A DNA stretch of 64,000 nucleotides from a virus. The notes below the pieces were generated by a model. It had not been told where the DNA came from. It saw only the letters and a list, made by a program, of their open reading frames with translations, and made no database searches. A program made the translations under genes and the position numbers. The stretch is taken from the IMG/VR virus record IMGVR_UViG_3300025828_000014. One strand, 5' to 3'. This document shows positions 31,901 through 39,700 of the stretch, piece by piece (the first letter of the stretch is position 1; every line of letters starts with the position of its first letter).

Positions 31901-33661
31901 TTCAAAAGTTGCATCTTGTATAATTTGTGCTGTAAATGTTTTAGCATTTTGGTAAGCATCAATATGTTGCTCTTTTTGAGTAGCAAAAAGAGTTGGATCA
32001 AATCTACCGTTGAAGTAAGTTAATACAGATGAAATAGTTCTAGCATTAGAATTTAATGCAGCGTCATATCTAATAGCATCTACTAATAGCCTTGTATCTC
32101 TTGCGCATTTTGCTTCGTTATAACTAAATCCTGCGTAGATACTTGGCGAGCCAGCTGCATTAGAAACTTGTAAGTTTACCCAATCAACTACATCTTGTGC
32201 AATTTCATCTCTTTTATTATCAATTAATAGTTTTGCAAATTTATAACCAGGATCTCTAAAACGCAAAACAAATTCTTCAACTGGAGCATCTCGATTTATA
32301 CCCGTAATAGTAATAGTTTGTTTACCTTCACTAGCACCAGTTGACACAACATGAGCACGGTCAAATTCAAATGCTTTAGGCGAATAGCCTGAACTTCGTA
32401 GCGCATATAAACCAAAGTTTGTAGCAGAGTTGGTAATAGAACAATATCCGCCTGATTGTGTATAAACACCATTGAGTAGGAAAATTTGGAAACAAGACAC
32501 GATCTGTGCATAAGCATCGTTAAGTAGTCGCCAACCTGTGCCTCCAAATGAAAGCATGGTATATGCGTTAGCAACCATTGATTTACCTTGTTCAGGTATA
32601 GAACCAATGACTGGATTCTCAGCCTCAATATTGTAACGTGGAACGTTTGGAGATTCAACTAATGCACCGTCAATTTTAGCACCACTACCTCCTAAGAACG
32701 AAATAATTGAACAGTTCTGTGTATATGGAGAAGTAACAATTGTTGGTTTTGTATTTGGCAAGTTTGTATATTCAGCACGGTCAGTTACATCAGTAGCATT
32801 TGGATCGTCAAACACTGTAGCGTAATCCCATGTAATCAACGGAACTTGGTTATCATCAACCCCGTCTCTAAATGTAAATTCACCAAAGTAACATGCGTTA
32901 CGAACACGTAGCATGTCCAAGTTAGCATTTGCAGGACGGATAATACAACCACGCAAACCGTCACCTTTGATAACAACGTTATCAGGAACAATAACTGGGT
33001 TATCTTCTGTGTAGTCACCAACAGCAACTTTAATGTTTACTCTAGTTCCGTTGACTAAGCCGCTAGGGTTATAAACTAATGCGGAAGCAAGTTTACATGC
33101 TCTTTTAACAGTTTTTACCGGAGCACTCTGTCCGTCATTAGCGTCATCACCTTGTTCAGCAGAAACGTAGATAACGTTACCACCAAATACGTCAGCATCA
33201 GCAAATTCTAGTTGTCCGTTACCATCTGTTTTAAGTATTTGTCCAACAGTTCCATTGACAAGAGGCAGAGTCAAATTATAACTATTAGGCAAGTTGTAAG
33301 GTGCTTGAATACTAATACCATCTTCACCAGATGCAATACTTTCACGCCAAGTAATTTTACCAAAATCTTCCATGTCAAGGTCGTCTTTGATATTGAAGCC
33401 TGCGTTAGTGACTGTCATTTTTTCGTCGCCGTTGACAGTCATGCTGATTTCAGCACTTGCACTATCTAACAAGTCATCTACTCTAACTTCAGTATTTCCT
33501 TCAAAAATTCTTTTTGTGATATCTTGGACAGTGTTATCATCTCTAAGTAGATAAACTTTACCGTCTGCTGTATTGATGGCTAATTCGCCGGATTCAAGTT
33601 GTGCTACACTAGGTTGATTACCAGCGACCGCACTTCGCTTGTGTCTAATTGTTGTTGCCAT
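22958..33661 (-). CDS. Giant tail fibre protein (3567 aa) with C-terminal peptidase S74 intramolecular chaperone
   Basis: N-terminal TIRHKRS..GELAINTADGK fibre motif; beta-helix-like domain; three KCx(R/N)D helical repeats; ADTLDG.DS..FLRSD repeats; YSSDRRLKEN..GVIAQEVE..V.YEKL coiled-coil end. Confidence 0.88.
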   Translation of the reverse strand: MATTIRHKRSAVAGNQPSVAQLESGELAINTADGKVYLLRDDNTVQDITKRIFEGNTEVRVDDLLDSASAEISMTVNGDEKMTVTNAGFNIKDDLDMEDFGKITWRESIASGEDGISIQAPYNLPNSYNLTLPLVNGTVGQILKTDGNGQLEFADADVFGGNVIYVSAEQGDDANDGQSAPVKTVKRACKLASALVYNPSGLVNGTRVNIKVAVGDYTEDNPVIVPDNVVIKGDGLRGCIIRPANANLDMLRVRNACYFGEFTFRDGVDDNQVPLITWDYATVFDDPNATDVTDRAEYTNLPNTKPTIVTSPYTQNCSIISFLGGSGAKIDGALVESPNVPRYNIEAENPVIGSIPEQGKSMVANAYTMLSFGGTGWRLLNDAYAQIVSCFQIFLLNGVYTQSGGYCSITNSATNFGLYALRSSGYSPKAFEFDRAHVVSTGASEGKQTITITGINRDAPVEEFVLRFRDPGYKFAKLLIDNKRDEIAQDVVDWVNLQVSNAAGSPSIYAGFSYNEAKCARDTRLLVDAIRYDAALNSNARTISSVLTYFNGRFDPTLFATQKEQHIDAYQNAKTFTAQIIQDATFESRSDALWDEIVEVLDAGSSASVAGDDLVDARVLPTAINTNALNARNQLIANKEFIKKEITAWIASQVSAGTAPFSTTFTYNAAKCENDVGLIIDALVYDLSTNGNLQTIDAAIQYFVGTNAQFGSGEKDETIAAYNRLKIVVGEIVTETAVAVSTGNVLTQDTSGTPATVTEESFVEARIGEIVGYLDQDGTVDITLIEPDLNALGVSQTLQDDFIRLDAVGQANIAQRVTRYINESIDAAKWYNFTYDQSKCLRDTKLIIDAVAKDTWDTGNRYSRSAGLSYFTANLADSTRSVFAGEELQTIAAIQQAATYTNAVITGKTGITTAIEDFVQGRFNIVSEAIRAPEEIPSPAEVTSEGDITNSFIPTPTTTNFNAATDINLGTGVFTITGHGFTNGEKLIYDNNGNPSIGGLNDEQTYYANVLDENTFSLTFDDSLEFPVDLFTNATNSGTHIFRTDIIEFYVEEILSSHQTYQTLILESGSESYYFVPGRAIQGTTGANNNSAFVHSWEPEERRLIVSIEEVAVGSSVLRIQFDATSTITQDHSPSPNTTIAINEVSAKTGLGTATFSITATDGSSSVTNTANLPEKQIWFHRPSIVNSSAHTWEYAGSGTDYNALPQNGGNTRAEYEQYEELPGRVYSSGTNELGDFKVGDFITAFNRTGNITFRNKVQVDELDALKLSLSNVAIEEISTDVNLGDDEIGGPSNARLSTQLAVRSFISNRLGGFVDKTVSTAAVPGAIVQLNTNGQLNGELIPATRQFTNTNTEGYNSRLTQVDEIPAVNLSAGDIGTENFEQVQLTLSGNITASDGAVITQPGVTGATGYAKGTFSTSGNILVATTGLAWDETDDSVGDPWDITNNLNLFVDGVDSGVYPTSKGASTAIIDNYFLKSSNTSQYLILDPSLDYNFTIVSLSSVSRASNIQTIVTSSAHGLYVGNQVRVECVEDETFNVNGEVLSTPTSTSFTIANIGIDVSTISRTGNVFSVVTSADGNAQGAVTEERYGVAVNVDNANITGGSGYTPTQGNKIYENVSLTSITGVGSGAKADITVTAGAVSDVDLRRGGTGYVVGDRLSANAADIGGTGSSFEIDVSAIEKRIYVNILGGELFVASSSSIDFIEDVDAVNNSFDIGLDNVISLNFLAGTTAGGGSVDYTTNRITIAGHGLLDGDPLTYDTLGNVAIGGLLNGSVYYAKRIDVDTIEVYEDYSLLNKIEFLTTPLNNNHNFSRHAVNLTDDSIIVQNHGLTTADAIRINTLTDGSTSNALPNIDGKEIVDGSRFFVGSVTTNSFTLHTLRSDALSSINGLVTNRKDIGTKGVGAARITPSNTRVTEIVNTSSRIKSNWNTLAATNIDAENIISGTISPSRLGSSGVANSDTVLFGDSRYDTVVQSLKKANTTDNPITLTGSSSNAEFYGDPVNIGIANADYDPLGTFSTLGTSRFLQTQFDVNSNGSGEVFIKDGVVDAGTLDSLDSAYFLNPANLTSPVPVNRGGTNITTYAIGDLLYAQSAASLNTLNIGRANTFLKSNGVTPEWGTALDLAEGLDVGSAKLSSSSTSLGQVYNQNVSTLEIGGDAENVKIGKNSDSRNISTSVDTYEATNTQDVVVNLSAINLSTSSASANGEKVLLFGDTSQVAFGMTVAGSGSIPANTTVTGITDDEVFLSQDLTGSVLTGTTITFTNTPLTLGVRVGDTVIVASSGIANLDGQWPVIGATENATSFTIRTNNNVNANPAVTQIGTISKENTIVIKNQNVVIGGGEFGTSPLPALIKGEGGIGTNIGGGSLTLRPGIGTGNATGGDFIVETGEESTTGEALQTITERMRIDTEGVMTVTGYTKFTDTTGIKVPVGTSAQRPGEAGIYVTAAQGQIRYNTSDSTFEGYDGSNWGSLGGVKDVDQDTLIRPETSAGADNDELDFLTAGTQRMQIGATGDLGFGDSLTKFTIAYATGNTNIAGDVVVTGDLTVNGTTTTLNSTTLQIDDKNIELGTVATPTDTTADGGGITLKGATDHTITWSNANDSWDFSEHVNIISGKVYRINNTEVLSANTLGTNVINSSLQNVGALDGGSITSNFGNINIGTSNLTATGTITLGATSFGDNNITNVGSIALDTISGDNGSSMNFASSTVVNIDNVTQSTASTNGALIVDGGVGIAKNLHVGGILNGNGSGLTTLNATNLSSGTVNDARLPTSQAGKTFTSDITVNGFRIGQGALAESTNLIFGDGDSITTGAQYNTGIGSGSIHGALSGDKNTAVGYVALSALTSANNNTAIGSDSQEQRTNAGNNNTSVGADTMANSTAGDDNTGVGYQALEIVTGSDNTVLGASTGRTLTSGSNNILIGKGIETATNTTSNFMQIGNASNNSLSIPGVNTTVTTTSFTYSGTNGFSGVGTNLTALNASNLTSGTVPDGRISSSSVVQHQLDITGTGALDAGSITSGFGSINIGADNLTATGSVSLGATSFNDNNITNVGSIALDTIGADNGVSINFNSSTVVNIDNTTQSTASTNGALIVDGGVGIAKDVYVNGTINGNGSGLTSLNASNLGTGTVPNARIDGTYSNLTGTGALDAGSITSNFGNINIGTSTFTGNGSGLTSVDAATLDSIDSASFLRSDENDTTTGLLTINRNNSEQLRLQTQGSTQSPYISFYQAGTRRGYIQYVNGGAMRIYNDRTDEYLDINSGVNGLTYNVGGTNYTVWHAGNDGSASGLDADTLDGVDSGSFLRSDANDSFSGTISGAGSINITGNITAATFTGDGSGITGVTASDADTLDGIDSTGFIRSTATASQNIYIRNTSPTLYFRDTDHNVAMLHTNSDLFYILRGADDSTSWTQVNSQWPAYWNLTNNNAQMGGSLSAVGEVTAYSSDRRLKENIVPIENALDKVKSLHGVNFDWKAEVNDLGFHPVTMKNDAGVIAQEVEAVLPQAIAKAPFDTEWDSEAKEYKSKSGENYITVKYEKLAPLFIEAIKEQDAKIEAQAAEIAELKEMVKKLLDK
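24290..25745 (-). repeat. Internal duplication of a ~120-aa fibre segment (about 24290-24650 and 25380-25745)
   Basis: GALD.GSITS.FG.INIG..NLTATG..LGATSF.DNNITNVGSIALDTI..DNG..STVVNIDN.TQSTASTNGALIVDGGVGIAK twice, with shared DNA such as gcaccatttgttgaagctgttgattgtgtt. Confidence 0.85.
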
Positions 33662-33767
33662 TATGGCTGCCTCCTATATAGGTAACGGGTCAGGTCCTAA
33701 GACGCCCAATTAAAAACGATAGAGATCGTTACTACTATTTATGAAGGAAAGTAAAGTAGTAGCTTAA

Positions 33768-36700
33768 TTAAAAGCTACCACCGTCAATTGTGTCAGTCCA
33801 AACTGGAGTTGCATCACTACCACTTGTTACAGTAAGAATTTGGAAACTGTTACTTGCGTCACTTGTTCCTGCTGCTGGAGTAACTTGAATTGGATTTTGT
33901 GCATTACCATACAAAATACCGTCTGTAGTAAATGTGCTTGCACCCGTGCCTCCGTATTGCACTTCAAGGTCGGTTACAAGTGTCAGTGTGCCTGCATCAA
34001 GATTTGTAACAATAATTCTATTGTTAACAGCATCAAGCATTTCTGTGCTATCGTCTGCAAAAATACTACCTCTAAATCCTGCTGCGTCAAGTATACCAGT
34101 TACAAACAAGTCTTGATCGATTTGAACATTAGTTGTAAACGTGCTTGTTGTTTCACTTAGTCTAAGTTTTTCAACACTTGCACCTGCAATTCTTGTTGTA
34201 AACACCATGTCAAAATCTTCGTCACCAGTGGTAACATCAGTGCTTATAACATCTATTCTACCAGCAGTAACATAGTTGTTATTTGTAATTTCTTGTTCAA
34301 ATGGTAGTCCTATGCCTGCGCCAACTGCTGCACCGCCTGTTTGGTTATGGTGAGCAAGTATAATTGGATCAACTATGTTATCCGCAGCACTATCTGATTC
34401 GTTGCTAATAATTTTAAAGCTATCAGTTGTTCTAATAGTGTTAGCTGGAATAAAGATTTCATCTGTGGCTTTTTCAGTAAGTTGTAATACATCATTTTCG
34501 TTACCACTGATATAACCTCTAACATGTAAGTTTCTTGCTATTCCTACACCGCCTGCTACTGTCACTGCACCAACATTGTATGCTGTGCTTTCAGTGGTGT
34601 TATCAAATTCTGTTAGAATTGAATCTTTAATACTTAATGTTGTTGGATCAAGTGTAATTCTCTCAACACCGTTTGTAAAGAATTCAAGTGTATCTTCGTC
34701 TGCGCCGGGTGAAGTTTCTGGACGAATAAATGTATCTTGATCTACATCTTTAACACCGCCTAATGTTCCCCAGTTAGCACCGTCATAACCTTCAAATGTC
34801 TCGTCTGTGGTATTGAAACGTATTTGTCCAATTGCTGCTGTTGAGTCGGCTCCACGTTGTGCTGTTGTTCCTACTGGAATCTGTAGTGTGCCAACACTGT
34901 TGAATATTACAATTTCACTGTTTACTTGGAATACACTGTCTGTTGACACAGCACCCATTGTAATAGTAGTTGCATCTCCAAATGCATTTACAGTTTGAAC
35001 ATTTGCATTCAGCAAGTTAAACGTATCAATTCGGTTTGTTGTAATATCACCACCGTCAACATTTAGATCTAAATCAATATCAACATTGTGTTTGATATTT
35101 GTAGTTCCGATACCAACTGCACCAATTGTTAAGTTTGTAGTGCCGCCGGCAAAGTTTAATATGTTAGCATTGTCATTTAACAAATTAAACGTAGTGCTTG
35201 TAGTTGTAATATCGCCGCCGTCTACTGCAAGATCAGCATCAATTTCTACATTGCCTAATACAGTTCCACCTGTGAGTTTGTTGAGATATCTATTTTCAAC
35301 ATAGTTTACAACTGCAACTTGTGTTGGAACAGTGTTAATGTCGCTTGCACCTGTGCTTGCTCTCAAATCTGAACTGTTGCTAACTTCTTTAAGTTCAACA
35401 CCAACTGGAATACCAAAACGTTTAAATGGTCCAATACTTGCAATACCACTTAAACTAATTTCCTCTGCATTAAGTGTAATAGCACCAGTAAGTGCGTTTA
35501 CGTTAAAGAAGTTACCAACTCTAAAGTTACCAATTTGGTCAACTGTTCCGCCTGCAAATACTTTACCGTTGTCTGTTTCTGTAATTTCGTTTTCTGCTAT
35601 AGCACTACCGCCAAAGAACGGAAGTGCGTTATAAGTAACGCCAGCACCTACATATTCAAAAGCATGTCCTGATGTTGAAACAGTTGAAACGTTTTGCATA
35701 CTACCAAGTGTGTTTTCTGCAACATATGTGATTTGTGGAAATACATCAAGTTCTGCTACACCACCATATGTTAAGTTTAATAACCTTATTGCTTCATCTT
35801 CAATTGCTTGTGCGTCTGCTAATACTAATTCACGCTTTGCGTTTGCACTAGTTTCTGCATTTGCTGCATAATCATGGTCAATTTCATTTGGTAAAACTGG
35901 ATATATGCCTTGAGATATAACTTCGGCTATCTTAGTAACATTGTTTTCAATTGACAGTGTTGCACTTGATGTTCCACCTGTTGGATTATAGGTTTGTGTC
36001 AAACTATTGTCGTCACTTGCTACAACTTTTTGGTTTTGGCCAATCTTGCTCATTATGCTTGCAAGATGTTTGTAAGCAAATTCTGTAACTCCTTCTTGGT
36101 CAGCGTTACTACCTGCTGTAGTAATACCTGCAAGAATTGTTCCTGTATAGTATGCTTCTCCTGCTCTGCGAGTTTGTTTGTTACCACCATACATCATATC
36201 GTAAAGTGCAGCATCAATTATGTATTTTGTATCTCTTTCACACTTTGCAACATTGTAGCTAAATCCAATAATGTTATCTCTAATAAAGTCAATCACGCCT
36301 TGTTGTATTGTTGTATTTGCAGTTGAAAGTGCATCAAGTGCAATATTTGTTGACACTGTTACCCAACTTGTGTCAGGTTCTTGATCGTTTGGTGTGCTCA
36401 ACAAGTTGCCTGCTGTAATAGCATCGATTGTAATGTTGAACAAGTTGTTAGAAGTTGTAGCTTCAGCACTTGTTCCATATGGTCCAACCAAAGACTGTGT
36501 TTCAGTGTTTCCTGCAGTTGGTGTTACTGTTATACCTTGAATTACTTGAGCAGCAACAGTTTTAACTCTTGTAATAGCATCAGCTGTTTCGTTTTCTTGT
36601 CCGTATACTTGACTATCTCCGTTAAGGAAATAGCTTCTTGCAGTTGCCAACGAACTTACATTTCCTGTATACAATAGATCGTGTGTTGTTGATTCAACAA

Positions 36701-39700
36701 GATATCCAATATCTCTGCGACATTTAGCTTGATCATAACTAAATCCATTTTGATTTGTATTGATATAATCAATTACACCTTGGACTAAATCAGCACTAGA
36801 GCTGTCGCCAGTTGATTGTATTAAATCTCTGCTTGCAATTCTTGTGGAAGACGCACCTGTTTCGTCAACAGCAGTTTCAGTTGGCAATATTTCAAGTGTG
36901 TTTGCCCTAACTACATCCTCTACAATAGTAGAAAGCACGTTGACTTGTGTAGCTTCGGTAGCACTTGCATTACCAGCACTTGTATTTTGTCCTGGATAAG
37001 TTCCAACAACAATCTGTTGTAAAATTACCCCTAGCTGATTAAGTGCGTCTGCTGTGCCATCTCTTTGATCATATGGTAACACACTTGCACTGCCTTCAAA
37101 GTAAGATCTTGCATTTTGAATACTTGCAAGGTTAGTGTTATACATAATATCATGACTTACTGCATCAACAATATATCCTGTGTCTCTTTCACATTTTGTT
37201 TGATCGTAAGTTAAATTTGGAAGATTTGTAGTAATCCAACTTATTAATTCACTTATAATAAATGTTCTATTATTTTGTAGTTGCAGTTGTGCATTATTTC
37301 TGTTTGCATTTCCAGAAGGATTAGGAAAACTCAATGCGTCTGCATTGCCTGTGCCGTTTTGTATAATGTCAATTATTTCATCAAATAATGCATTACAAAT
37401 TGCAACACTTGCACTATCTGATGCAATTAAATTAGCAACTTCGCCTTTTAAATGTGTAATTGCTGCAATTGTTTGTGTTATTTGATCGCTAATAACATAT
37501 GCGCTCACTGCTCTGTAGTAAGACAATCCTGCTGTGATACTGTTATAATTTGACCCTGTAATTAAATCATTGCAAACTGCATCTAGAATTAATTGTGTAT
37601 CTCTAGCACACTTTGCACTGTCGTATACAAAGTATTGATTGTTAATGTATGCAATTGCTTCTTCTTGCAAGAATGCTTTGTTTTCTTGTAGCTGTCTAGC
37701 TGCATCAATAAGTTCTTGACTTGCTGGCACTGGTGCTGGATATGTTTGTCCTTCACTTGGCAGTGTTTGGTATTCGAGTAGTGTTAATACAGTATCAAAA
37801 CCGTCTGTTACTCTAGTTGTAGCAGTTGTGTCAGTAGTTGTATATGTGAGTGCTAAACGTTTTGCTTCTCTAATTGCAAGTATAGTTGCAGGCAATTGGT
37901 CATCTTTCACTGTAGATGCATTTGCTCTAATGTATGCTTGTCCTGCTACAATAGCATTATGGTTTGTGTTTAATCTTGCATCTCTTACTACCGCATCAAT
38001 AATTAAACCTGTGTCACGTTTACATTTTTCTCTATCGTATGTAAAGTTTGGATAATTTGCAAGGATCCAAGTTGTTGATGCAGCGGCAAAGTTATCTTGT
38101 TGACCAAATATAGAACCAAATGCTGTTTGCAAGCTGGCGTCTGCCCAGTCAGTGACTGCTCTATTTGTAGCAGGTAAACTGTCAAGATTACCCGCAGTCA
38201 AAACATCGATAATGATTTGTATTAAACTAGTTGCGCTGCCTACTTCTGTTGCACTTGCAGGGTCACCTGCTGTGTTTTGTATTTCGTTGTTTCCAGGACT
38301 TTTTGTTAATGCTGATTCTAAAAGAATGCCTGTTACAACACCTTGCAAATGTGTATATGCTTGTATTGTAGCAGTTGTTTCATCTGTGCTTCCTAATTGG
38401 CTTGAAGTTCCTACAAAATAACTGGTTGCAGTTTGTCTTGTAGCACTATTGCCTTCATATAAAATGTCGTATATTAAAGCATCAACAATGTATCCAACGT
38501 CTCTTTCACATTTGTCAGCATCATATGTTAATGTTGGATTTTGTTGATTTACATAAGCTCTTACTTCTTTTTTAATAAAAGTTCTGTTTGCAATAAGCTG
38601 ATTTCTTGCGTTTATTCTGTTTGTAATTACACCAGTTGGTAATGGATATGTAATTGCATCAGCATTAGTGATATTACCAATTGTAATTTCTTTAATTACA
38701 GTATCTTGAATAGTTGTTTTTGCATTTTTCCAACTATTAACATCAGTTTGAATACCTGCTGCTGCCCATGTGTATGTTGGTTCAACAAGTGCTGGCATGC
38801 CGCTAACACTATTTGCTGTAATTACATCAGCAATAATTTTTACTAAACCTTCTGCATCATCTACTTCATCTGAACTTCCTAAATTTCCTGTAGTAGTTTG
38901 TCCAGGATAGTTTTCAATAACAATTTGACTTACAATATTACTTGCTAAGTTGTTATATGCAGCCGCAGTAATTGCTCTTTGACTTTCTGGTAGCTGGCTT
39001 GTTGTGCCTTCAAAATATGCATCTGCTGCTCTGCGGGTTGCAAAGTTGCCTCCGTATTGAATGTCAAAACTTATTGCATCTACAATGTATTTTGTATCTC
39101 TTGTGCATTTTAATGTATCATAAACAAAAGTAGGATAATTAGCTGAAATCCACGCATTTACTTCGCTTGCAATAAAATCTCTGTTTGCTTGTAATAGAAT
39201 TCTTGAATTTGTTGCGCTACCGTTTGTTCCTGGATCTGTCCAAGTAATAGTGTCTGCTGAAACATCTGTGCTGACTTGACCATTCTCTAAAATATCTAAA
39301 ATTTCATCAAACGCTGCATCTGATCTTGCTTCAGCAGTCGCATTTGACATGTAAGTGCCAGTTGCAAGTGTTTTCATATATTGATAAGATGCTTTTGTCT
39401 GTTCAAACTGAGCACTCAAAACGTATGCACTATTTGCACGTTGATATGATAATCCTGTAGTAACAGCATTGTAATTTGTTCCAAGTGCTACATCAAATGC
39501 AACACTATCAACAATATAACCAACATCTCTTCTACAAGTAGCAGAGTTATAAGCTCTACCTGTAATAATGTCAATAACTTCGTCCCATGCTGCTGTGACT
39601 CGTGTTGTTGCTGTTGAATCAGCAGATACATCAGATAATGCTAATGTTAATCCTTTAAGGTAGTTGTAAGCAGCTACCGTTACAGTAGTTTGAGATCCTG

